From Myxococcota bacterium (lineage in GTDB: Bacteria > Myxococcota_A > UBA9160 > PR03): a stretch of 16,561 bases of DNA. Location of the stretch: the NCBI GenBank assembly GCA_041611735.1, contig JBFIML010000060.1:1-16561 (forward strand). Reading direction: 5' to 3'. How positions within the stretch are numbered: the stretch's first letter is position 1; the number at the start of each line of letters is the position of its first letter. The position numbers and the translations under genes were made by a program. Below the pieces are notes generated by a model. The model ran no database searches. It was not told the origin of the DNA and worked only from the letters and a program-made list of their open reading frames with translations. Of the stretch, positions 7,474 through 16,561 are shown in pieces.

Positions 7474-9145
7474 AGCATTTCCGGCGCGAGCTGGACGCGC
7501 GCCAGACCGATCCGGCCGGGCGGCGCTGGCTCTACGTCCCGTACGACCAACTCACCGACAGCGCGGGCCCCCTCTCCCGCGAGGACCCGGCCGAGCTGGG
7601 CATTGTGGTCGTCGAGAGCCGCTGGAAGGCGCGCCGGCGTCCCTACCATCAACAGAAGCTCGCGCTCGTGCTTGCCAACCTGCGCCACTTCGCGTTGGAG
7701 CAGGCGGCCCGCGGCGTTGCCGTTCACCACGTGGTCGGCAGTACGCCGTACTCCCGCCTCCTCGACCCGGTGGTGGACGAGCTGGGACCGCTTCGGGTGA
7801 TGCGTCCTGCCGAGCGCGAGCTTCGTCGCGATCTCGAACCGCTGGTCAAGAAGAAGCGGATCGAGATCGTCCCGCACGAGCGTTGGCTGACGAGCCGCGA
7901 GCAGTTCGCATCGGCCTTCGCAGGCGGCAAGCGCTGGCGGATGGACGCCTTCTACCGCCACGTCCGACGCGAGACCGGCATCCTGATGTCGGACGGCGAA
8001 CCCTTGGGCGGAAAGCTCAGCTTCGATACCGAGAACCGCAGGCCCTGGCGCGGCGAACCGCCCGCACCGAAGCCACCCCGGTGTCCCATCGACCCCATCA
8101 AACAAGAGGTGATCGCGCTCGTCGAATCCGACTTCGCCGAGCACCCCGGTCGCCTCGAACCGCGCGCGCTGGCCGCCACCGCGAAGGACGCCGAGCGCGC
8201 TTGGCGCTGGGCACAGAGCCACTGCCTCGAGCACTTCGGCCCGTACGAAGACGCGATGTCGCGCCGCTCGAGGACGCTCTTCCACACCCAGATCTCGGCG
8301 CTCATGAACCTCCACCGGCTGCTGCCGAGGCGGGTCGTCGCGGACGTTGTCGCGATGGACCTGCCAATCGCCAGCCAGGAAGGTTTCATCCGGCAGGTGC
8401 TGGGCTGGCGCGAATTCATGCATCACGTCCACGACGAGACAGACGGCTTTCGCGTTTTGCCGGACGGAACCCGGCCGCAGCGCCCAACCTCAGCGGGCAC
8501 CGCAGGCTTTTCACGCTGGTCCGGAAGACCCTGGCGCTCGCGACGCTCTCCTGCGCGGATCGACGGCGGTGCATGCCCGTCCGCACTGGGCGCCCGAGAG
8601 CCGCTCCCGCCCGCTTTCTGGGGCACTCCGTCCGGAGGTGCCTCGACGGTGTCGTCTCGGACGTCTGGGCGACGGGCTACGGTCACCACATAACGCGCCT
8701 GATGGTGCTCTCGAACCTGGCCACACTCCTCGCAATCTCACCGCGCGACCTCGCGGACTGGTTCTGGGTGGCCTACACGGACGCCTATGACTGGGTCGTC
8801 GAGCCAAATGTCCTGGGCATGGGAACGTTCGGACTGGGAGACCTGTTCACGACCAAGCCCTACGTCTCGGGTGCGGCCTACATCAACAAGATGTCCGACT
8901 ACTGCGGCGGATGCTCCTTCTCGCCGAAGCACGATTGCCCGATCACGTCGCTCTACTGGGCCTTCTTCCACCGCAATGAGGCGGCGCTTCGAGACAACCC
9001 AAGGGTCGCCATGCCGCTTCGTTCGCTGGCTCGACGCACGGACCAACGGCGCGCACACGACCGTCGCGTCCACGACTGGGTGAAAGAGAGGCTCGAGAAC
9101 GGCGAGCGCCTGCGTCCCGAGCATCGGCCGCTGGAGCACGGCTGA
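7470..9145 (+). pseudogene. Fe-S cluster bacterial cryptochrome/(6-4) photolyase (FeS-BCP, PhrB/CryB-like), split by one frameshift at ~8635
   Basis: N-terminal frame: YVPYDQL, HQQKLALVLANLRHFA, MDAFYR, GGKLSFDTENR, FGPYEDAM, LFHTQIS, EGFIRQVLGWREF. C-terminal frame: CLD, GYGHHITRLMVLSN, YTDAYDWVVEPNVLGM, TKPYVSGAAYINKMSDYCGGC, CPITSLYWAF. The frame changes at TCCGGAGGTGC (8631-8641). Confidence 0.9.
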
Positions 9146-9192
9146 TCGACGGATCCCTCCGCCAACCTTCTACCATCGAACTGCAACACGCT

Positions 9193-9426
9193 TCAGAGGC
9201 TCTTCGAGGCCGGGTATACGGAGTATGCATTGGCTGTGGACGAGATCCCGAGCGCATCCGCGGGAACGACCTGCACGCGCCGGGCCGCTACACGCAGTTC
9301 GCCGAGCTCGCGTCGTGGAAGGAGGACCGCGGCCCCCCCGGTCATGATGATGATCAAGAATCTGGTGGCATTTCCGGAAGCCACGCTGGCGTCCGCGCGC
9401 CAGCGCCACCGGGCACGGATCGACAT
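9193..9426 (-). CDS. Possible small leaderless ORF or gene remnant (77 aa), weak YcxB-like resemblance
   Basis: TAGAAT lies 7 nt upstream of ATG 9426 with no SD sequence. The segment FLIIIMTGGAAVLLPRREL resembles the YcxB C-terminal strand-strand-PxR motif. Confidence 0.25.
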   Translation of the reverse strand: MSIRARWRWRADASVASGNATRFLIIIMTGGAAVLLPRRELGELRVAARRVQVVPADALGISSTANAYSVYPASKSL

Positions 9427-9527
9427 GCGGCCGATTCTACCGCCCGCGGGCGAGGAGGTGACCCACTGCGCGCCCGGGACCGGGCGGCTCGGGCGCACGG
9501 CGCCGGCCCGGGCTCGAGCCGCCGCCG

Positions 9528-11141
<1,614 letters not shown>

Positions 11142-11177
11142 GGCGGCTCCTCGTGCTCGTGATGGCGCGCACCGAGC

Positions 11178-11186
11178 AGTCTAGCA
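11178..11186 (-). promoter_or_regulatory. Extended -10 promoter element for the fumarase gene
   Basis: Minus-strand TGcTAGACT (TGnTAnnnT), about 37 nt upstream of the ATG. Confidence 0.5.
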
Positions 11187-11301
11187 GTGTTGCGCGGACG
11201 CCTCCGGGCCTGGCGCGCTCGGCGCAGCCGCACGAAGCGCAGCGAGGTGACCAGAGGTGGCAGGCGCAACCGCACAGCGTTGGCCCGGCTGGCGCCGGCA
11301 C

Positions 11302-11531
11302 TCAGCGCCGCAGGAGCGCGCGCGGCCCCCGCGAATGCTCGCTGCGGCGCCCGTTCCCGAGGTCGAGATCGAGCGGCACCGGGCTCTCGACCTCGACCTG
11401 CTCGGCCGACGTCCACCGAAAGGAGCCCCTTCGGCGTCGGCACGGCACCGCGCGTGCAGTCGAGGTTGCCGAGGCGCGGCGCAATCCGCGTTCTTCCAAA
11501 GCCCGGCTCTGCGAGCAGTGACCCCGAGCGT
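11302..11531 (-). pseudogene. Alpha-L-rhamnosidase (GH78) C-terminal domain remnant
   Basis: Pieces joined across two frameshifts: TLGVT / AEPGFGRTRIAPRLGNLDCTRGAVPTPKGLLSVDV / EQVEVESPVPLDLDL. These resemble the GH78 C-terminal LGVxPxxPGFxxxxIxPxLGxLxWAxGxVPTPxG pattern. Confidence 0.65.
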
Positions 11532-11671
11532 GCGGGTCGGCAATCCGGGAAGGAGCGGCTTCTCGAGCTGCGAGACCAAAAAGGGCCCCGTCCCATACCC
11601 AACGCGCCCAGCCTCTGGTCGTTTGACGAGACCCGGGAAAACTCCTTCCGCCAGATGGAACGGCCGGGCCG

Positions 11672-11815
11672 CTAACGATGCTCGCGCAGCTCCGCCTGGA
11701 GCTCCAGCAGCCTGGCCTCCGCGTCCAGCTCGAAGGCCAGGCCGTTCACTGCGAAGCCGAGACGCTGGACGACCTGCGCGCCCGCCGGCGTGTAACCCAT
11801 TTGGAAGCGGATGGC
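11672..11815 (-). pseudogene. Probable 3' fragment of an unidentified gene
   Basis: AIRFQMGYTPAGAQVVQRLGFAVNGLAFELDAEARLLELQAELREHR* has protein-like composition and G/C-ending codons. It abuts the integrase fragment, which is on the opposite strand. Confidence 0.3.
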
Positions 11816-11864
11816 CCGCCACGCGCTGCGCGTAGGTCGCGCACGGTCCGGCCGGTACGCCCAC

Positions 11865-12200
11865 GCGCCGCTACTCGAGTGGCTGCGCTGGCGCAGCCGA
11901 TCAGGTCGCACCCAAGAAGCGGATCCAGGGCCGCGTCCCCCTGTTCCTGAACCTCTCCGTCCGCAATCGGGAGAAGGGCTGGATCGCGAACGCCCTGCGC
12001 GAGGAATGGAACCGCGCCTGCAAGGCGGTCGGGGTGCGCGTCCGCATGTACGAAGGAACGAAGCACAGCTCCGCCTCGTCGGCGCTGCGATCTGGAACCA
12101 CGCTCGAGCGCGTGCAGCGCGCGCTGGCACACGCGGACCCCAGGTCCACGGAGCGCTACGCGAAGCTCGACGACCAAGCGGTAGTGGGCGTCTTCTGGAC
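11865..12200 (+). mobile_element. Tyrosine recombinase/phage integrase C-terminal remnant
   Basis: PLFLN...NALREEWNRACKAVGVRVRMYEGTKHSSASSALRSGTTLERVQRALAHADPRSTERYAK has the box II architecture (RHS..S...G..L..VQ..LGH.....T..Y), with Tyr at 12157-12159. An in-frame stop at 11833-11835 lies upstream and no N-terminal domains are seen. Confidence 0.82.
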
Positions 12201-12253
12201 GGGTTTCCGACCACAAGCCCTCGGAATGATTGGTGTTTGTCGCGCAGAACCCC

Positions 12254-12306
12254 TGCTCAAGTGTGCTCAAGCCGTCAAACGGGCGGGTGGGCCTGGAACC
12301 CGCGAC
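12254..12306. repeat. Direct repeat TGCTCAAG x2 plus decayed tRNA-3'-like sequence (possible att remnant)
   Basis: TGCTCAAG-tg-TGCTCAAG at 12254-12271. The minus strand of 12281-12306 reads GTCGCGGGTTCCAGGCCCACCCGCCC, resembling a tRNA T-arm and acceptor strand. Confidence 0.35.
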
Positions 12307-12347
12307 TCGAGGCGAAGGAGAGCCGCCGATCGTCGGGAGCTGCCGAT

Positions 12348-12536
12348 TCAGCCGGTGCTCTCGAGCTGGCATCGCCGCCACAGACCCGGCGCGAAAGCCG
12401 TCAGCAGCGTCCGCTCGCTCTCGGTCCGTGCTGCCAGCCTGTAGAACACGAGCGCCCCAGAACCCGTGATCTCCACCTCGTCGGCTTCGACGTGCTCATC
12501 GCCGGTGTCCAGTCGAACCAGCCACTGCCGCTTCAT
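12348..12536 (-). CDS. Small hypothetical beta-rich protein, 62 aa
   Basis: MKRQWLVRLDTGDEHVEADEVEITGSGALVFYR...AFAPGLWRRCQLESTG, with a strong RBS (AGAGGAG) just before ATG 12536. It is the 3' part of track ORF 12348..12824. Confidence 0.7.
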   Translation of the reverse strand: MKRQWLVRLDTGDEHVEADEVEITGSGALVFYRLAARTESERTLLTAFAPGLWRRCQLESTG

Positions 12537-12634
12537 CGCTCCTCTACCCGTCCGCTGATGATCGCCGCGGTTTCGAACCGCCGACGCGCCGCGAATCGAA
12601 GGAGAGAGGGGCCCTCGCGGTTCCGAGTCCGCGC

Positions 12635-12838
12635 TCATCGGCCCGATCCCCCCTGGAGAAGCTCTTTGCCACAGTCTACGCAGAAGGTATTCCGGTCGCG
12701 GCGTGATCTTGCATGCTTCTCCTCGGGACACCCTGTCGCGCGCATGTTCCTGTTCACCGCCACGCCGCAATTCGGGCAGAAGCGAATCGTCACCATGGTG
12801 CGTCCGTGATTGTCGTTGGCGCAACGCTTTCGCAACAT
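12635..12838 (-). CDS. Small tandem zinc-finger/zinc-ribbon protein, 67 aa
   Basis: Two repeats of C-x4-H-x8/9-F-CxxC-G (CANDNH...FCPNCG; CPEEKH...FCVDCG). GAAGGAG lies upstream of ATG 12838. Confidence 0.78.
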   Translation of the reverse strand: MLRKRCANDNHGRTMVTIRFCPNCGVAVNRNMRATGCPEEKHARSRRDRNTFCVDCGKELLQGGSGR

Positions 12839-12890
12839 CTCTTGGTCTTCTCCTTCTGACCTCGGATTCGGGGTCGGGTTTCCGGCGCGC

Positions 12891-15800
12891 TCATCCGAGA
12901 ACCACCTGGACCCGGTGCTCGCAGCCGTCATCGGAGAGGGGTATCAGCGCGTCTTCCGCGAGCAGGCTCCCATCGAGACGTAGCTGGGCGACACCCCGGC
13001 AGACGCCCTTTGGGTTCTCGACGGCGATCCGGTAGATCGTGCGACCGTGCCGGTAGATGATCTGGAAGCGCTCCCACTTCCTTGCAATGCAGGGGTCGAT
13101 GCGGAGGGCCGAGCCTTGCTTGCGGAATCCGAGTATCCACTCCAGGCCCGCGCGGTAGAGCCAGCCCGCAGCGCCGGTGTACCAGGTCCACCCTGCCCGT
13201 CCCAAGTGGGGCGCTCGCGCATAGACATCGGCGGCCACGGCGTAGGGCTCCCCCTTGTAGCGGTGAAGGTTCGCGCGACGGCTCGTATGGTGGATGGGAC
13301 TCAGCAGGTCGAAGAGCTCGACCGCCTTGTCGCCCTCGCCAAGCATCGCGAGAGCCGCGACCGACCAGGCCGCGGCGTGGGTGTACTGTCCGCCGTTCTC
13401 TCGAATGCCGGGGACGTATCCCTTGATGTATCCGGGGTCCAGCGGTGTGCGGTCGAATGGGGGAGAGAAGAGCAGCATCAGGCGGTCGTCCCGCCGAACG
13501 AGCCGTTGCTCGACGGACTCCATGGCCTGGCGTGCCCGATGCTCGTCGCCCGTGCCGGAGAGGACCGCCCACGACTGGGGGATGGAGTCGATCCGACATT
13601 CGTCGTTCTGCGCCGATCCGAGCGGTGTCCCGTCGTCGAAGAATGCGCGCCGATACCACTCCCCGTCCCATGCGTCCGTGTCCAGTGAGGCCTCGAGGGA
13701 ATCGGCCTTGCTCCGCCAGTCTGCCGCGCGCTCCCCTTCCCCGCGCAGGTCGGCGATCGGGGCGAAATCCCGCAGGTTCTTGAGGAGGAACCAGCCCAGC
13801 CAGACGCTTTCGCCCCGGCCCTCGTGGCCGACGCGGTTCATGCCGTCATTCCAGTCCCCGGCTCCGATCAGGGGGAGACCGTGGCTGCCCACGTCGAGGC
13901 TGCAGTCCAGGGCCCGCGCACAGTGTTCGTAGAGCGTCGCTCGGTCTTCCGACTCCGCAGGCTCGAAGTAGGCTTCTTGCTGGCACTCCTCCAGGTTCGG
14001 CCCCTCGAGCCACGGAATCTCTTCGTCGAGAACCGCCTGGTCCTCGGTCGTCCGCAGATAGTGGACCACCGCATACGGCAGCCAGAGGCGGTCGTCGGAG
14101 ATGCGGGTCCGAACTCCACGGCCCGTCGGGGTGTGCCACCAGTGCTGAACATCCCCTTCCCGGAACTGGCGGGCAGCGGCTCGGAGAAGGTGTTCGCGCA
14201 CGAGCTCCGGCCTCGCTATTGCCATCGCCAGGACGTCCTGGAGCTGATCGCGGAACCCGTAGGCCCCTCCGGCCTGGTAGAACGCGGACCGGGCCCAGAT
14301 GCGGCAGGACAGAGTTTGATAGAGAAGCCAGCGGTTGAGGAGGAGGTTCATCGAGGGATCGGGTGTCTCGATCTGGACCGTGCCCAGCACCTGATCCCAG
14401 TACTCCTCGACCTCGCGGAGCGGCGCCTCGCAACCAAGCTCACGGTAGCGCTCGACCAGGGTCCTAACCTCCTTCGAATCCTTCCCCTGCCCCAGCAGAA
14501 ACAGCACCTCGGTGCGTTCTCCCGGCTCGAGCTCCACGTGCGTCCGAAGCGCGGCGCAAGGGTCCAAGCCCGCTCCGGTCCTCCCGGATAGCGCCTCCCT
14601 CCGCTCCAGCGACACGGGATGGTCGAGGCTCGCGTTCCGGCCCAGGAACTCGAGGCGATCGCCGGTCCAGGATGTCTGGCGCCCGCCCAGATCGGCGAAT
14701 CCGATCTGGTCCGAGAACTCTCCGTTCCAGGCGTTTCGCGCGAGTAGTGCTCCCGTCGCGGAATCGATCTCGGTGACCACGTGCGGCGTGGAGCCGCTCC
14801 GCGAAACCCCCAGCACCCACTCTGCATAGGCCGTAATCGAGAGGCGCCGCTTCCGGTCCGACCGGTTCTCCAGGGCCAGGCGCGAGATCTTGATCGGGTC
14901 CCGGACGGGGACGAGCTGCAGGAGCTCCAGCGCGATGCCGTGGGATTCGTGCTCGAAGCGGCTGTATCCCTGGCCGTGCCGGATGACATAGGGCCAGGGC
15001 TCTTCCCGGATGGGCAGCAAGGTAGGACCCCAGGTCAAACCGCTGTCTTCGTCTCGCACGTAGAACGTCTCACCGGGTGTGTCGCTGACGGGATCGTTCG
15101 TCCAGGGCGTCAGCTTGTTCTCGCGGCTGTTTACGGACCAGGTGCAACCCGAGCCCGACTCGGAGACCTGGAAGCCGAACTCCGGGTTCGCCACCACGTT
15201 GATCCAGGGAGCCGGGGTCCACTGCCCCTTGCCGAGAACCGTGACGTACTCACGACCGCCCGGTGAGAATCCGCCGAGGCCGTTGAAGAACTCGAGATCC
15301 AGCGCCGGAGCAGGAACGGTGTCGGGCAGCTCGCGCGCCGGGCGGAGACGCGAGGGGACCGGCCCGCGCCGGGGCCGCTCCAACCGAACGGTCTGTTCGG
15401 ACAGCGTACCCCGGTGCGCGGAGACCTCGATTCGCGCCGCCGCGCGCAGGAGGATCTGGTCCCGCGCAGGCACGAGGTCGGCGCGGAGCAGGTACACGCC
15501 CCCGAGTTCCCTTCGCTGCTCTTCCCCCGCCGCCTGGCTCGCCCGTACCATCCCCTCGATGGATTCCTGGAGTGCCTGTGCGTAGGAGGCCCCGCTGGCG
15601 TTGAGGATCACCAGGTCGGCGGAAATCCCCTTCATGCGCCAGTACTCCCGCGCTCGCAGGAGCTGTCGCACGACGTCCCGCTCCTCGCCCCGCTCGATGC
15701 GGACCAGGGCGATGGGAAGGTCGCCGGAGATGCCGTAGGGCCAGAGCCCGGGCGCGCCGCTGCGGTTGGTAGCCAGTACCTGAGGAGCTGCGCGCAGCGT

Positions 15801-16561
15801 GGGATCGAGGTAGAGAAGGCGGTTGGCCAGACGCTGGAAGAGATGCGCCTCGTCCTGGGTGATCCGGAGGTGGTGCAGCTGGACCTGCGCCTGCGTCCAG
15901 GCCAGCGAGCTCTCTCGCTCGAAGGTGGCCGGCTGGCGGTACTTCTCCGCGATCTCGAGCGCCTCCTGCCGGGACGGCGCCACGAGCGTGGTGAACACGA
16001 GGCGGACCGTCGCTCCTTGCGGAATCGCGAGCCGCTGCCGCAGGCTCACGATGGGATCCAGGGTGGACCCAGCCGTGTCCGAAAGGGGGCCCCCGTCGTA
16101 CACGCACAGCGGAGAGCGGATTCCGCGGCCCCGCCCCAGGAAGCGCGCCCGGTCGCTCTCGTGCTGCAACGGCAGGACCGACCCCCCCTCGACGACGGCC
16201 AGGTGAGCGAGCCAGACCTGGGGCTCGTCCGCCGACCGCGGGCGTCGGGTCGCGAGCAGGCTGCCGAGCTCGGGGACGAACTCCGTCTCCACGAAGAGGT
16301 TCGAGAAGGCGGGGTGGGCCTCGTCCGCGCCCTGGGGAGCCAGCACTACCTCGGCATAGGACGTGAAGTCGATCTCGCGGTCCCGGTTCCCGACGTTGGT
16401 CACCGTCAGCTGGCGAAGCTCGGCGTCGTCATCGGGGGAAACCACGATCTCCAGGGTGATGGCCAGGGACCGGTCGCGCTGCATGATCCTGGCCCGGTCC
16501 TCGGAATAGACGACCTCGTAGTGCTCGACTTCGGTTCCGCTCGGCTGGAAGCCGGCAGACC
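12891..16561 (-). CDS. ndvB: Cyclic beta-1,2-glucan synthase (Cgs/NdvB/ChvB), C-terminal GH94 phosphorylase region; 5' part lies outside the window
   Basis: The frame is open to the window edge (SAGFQPSG...EDRARIMQRD). Motifs: TSYAEVVLA, HPAFSNLFVETE, LWPYGISGDLPI, FFNGLGGF, TPAPWINV, NSRENKLTPWTNDPVSD, RSAFYQAGGAYGFRDQLQD, GDVQHWW, GDWNDGMN and ENGGQYTHAA. Two tandem beta-sandwich repeats before the GH94 barrel are typical of Cgs. Confidence 0.93.
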   Translation of the reverse strand, partial: SAGFQPSGTEVEHYEVVYSEDRARIMQRDRSLAITLEIVVSPDDDAELRQLTVTNVGNRDREIDFTSYAEVVLAPQGADEAHPAFSNLFVETEFVPELGSLLATRRPRSADEPQVWLAHLAVVEGGSVLPLQHESDRARFLGRGRGIRSPLCVYDGGPLSDTAGSTLDPIVSLRQRLAIPQGATVRLVFTTLVAPSRQEALEIAEKYRQPATFERESSLAWTQAQVQLHHLRITQDEAHLFQRLANRLLYLDPTLRAAPQVLATNRSGAPGLWPYGISGDLPIALVRIERGEERDVVRQLLRAREYWRMKGISADLVILNASGASYAQALQESIEGMVRASQAAGEEQRRELGGVYLLRADLVPARDQILLRAAARIEVSAHRGTLSEQTVRLERPRRGPVPSRLRPARELPDTVPAPALDLEFFNGLGGFSPGGREYVTVLGKGQWTPAPWINVVANPEFGFQVSESGSGCTWSVNSRENKLTPWTNDPVSDTPGETFYVRDEDSGLTWGPTLLPIREEPWPYVIRHGQGYSRFEHESHGIALELLQLVPVRDPIKISRLALENRSDRKRRLSITAYAEWVLGVSRSGSTPHVVTEIDSATGALLARNAWNGEFSDQIGFADLGGRQTSWTGDRLEFLGRNASLDHPVSLERREALSGRTGAGLDPCAALRTHVELEPGERTEVLFLLGQGKDSKEVRTLVERYRELGCEAPLREVEEYWDQVLGTVQIETPDPSMNLLLNRWLLYQTLSCRIWARSAFYQAGGAYGFRDQLQDVLAMAIARPELVREHLLRAAARQFREGDVQHWWHTPTGRGVRTRISDDRLWLPYAVVHYLRTTEDQAVLDEEIPWLEGPNLEECQQEAYFEPAESEDRATLYEHCARALDCSLDVGSHGLPLIGAGDWNDGMNRVGHEGRGESVWLGWFLLKNLRDFAPIADLRGEGERAADWRSKADSLEASLDTDAWDGEWYRRAFFDDGTPLGSAQNDECRIDSIPQSWAVLSGTGDEHRARQAMESVEQRLVRRDDRLMLLFSPPFDRTPLDPGYIKGYVPGIRENGGQYTHAAAWSVAALAMLGEGDKAVELFDLLSPIHHTSRRANLHRYKGEPYAVAADVYARAPHLGRAGWTWYTGAAGWLYRAGLEWILGFRKQGSALRIDPCIARKWERFQIIYRHGRTIYRIAVENPKGVCRGVAQLRLDGSLLAEDALIPLSDDGCEHRVQVVLG

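Noticed and set aside
7148..8635. 5' part of the 665-aa ORF 7148..9145
   Set aside because: Only the portion after ~8636 is photolyase; the upstream part is off-frame sequence.
8625..8645. Programmed ribosomal frameshift in the photolyase
   Set aside because: No X XXY YYZ slippery site; a simple deletion explains the shift.
12270..12640. Intact tRNA gene suggested by GGTTC/TTCGA motifs
   Set aside because: No full cloverleaf (D arm, anticodon arm, acceptor stem) could be built; reported only as fragments or hairpins.

Overview
GC-rich bacterial chromosomal window. The gene set is reminiscent of Myxococcota/deltaproteobacteria-like lineages (an impression, not a classification). It is a patchwork of intact genes and decayed fragments. 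From left to right: a 3'-truncated class III nucleotide cyclase-AAA ATPase gene (-), absent from the ORF track because it runs off the window; a frameshifted IS256 transposase remnant; an intact, markedly lower-GC sterol-C24-methyltransferase-like SAM methyltransferase (-); a truncated hemerythrin-like gene coupled to nnrS (-); a secreted pectinacetylesterase-family esterase (+); a small membrane protein coupled to a frameshifted Fe-S (6-4) photolyase/cryptochrome (+); a class I fumarate hydratase (-); remnants of an alpha-L-rhamnosidase and of a tyrosine integrase with atypical catalytic motifs and a possible decayed att site; two small unannotated genes, one a tandem CHCC zinc finger; and the 3' part of a cyclic beta-1,2-glucan synthase (GH94 region, -). 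No CRISPR array, rRNA or intact tRNA was seen. The best candidates for novelty are the divergent SMT-like gene, the two small genes behind cgs, and the non-canonical integrase. All family calls come from motif recognition by eye, not from database searches.
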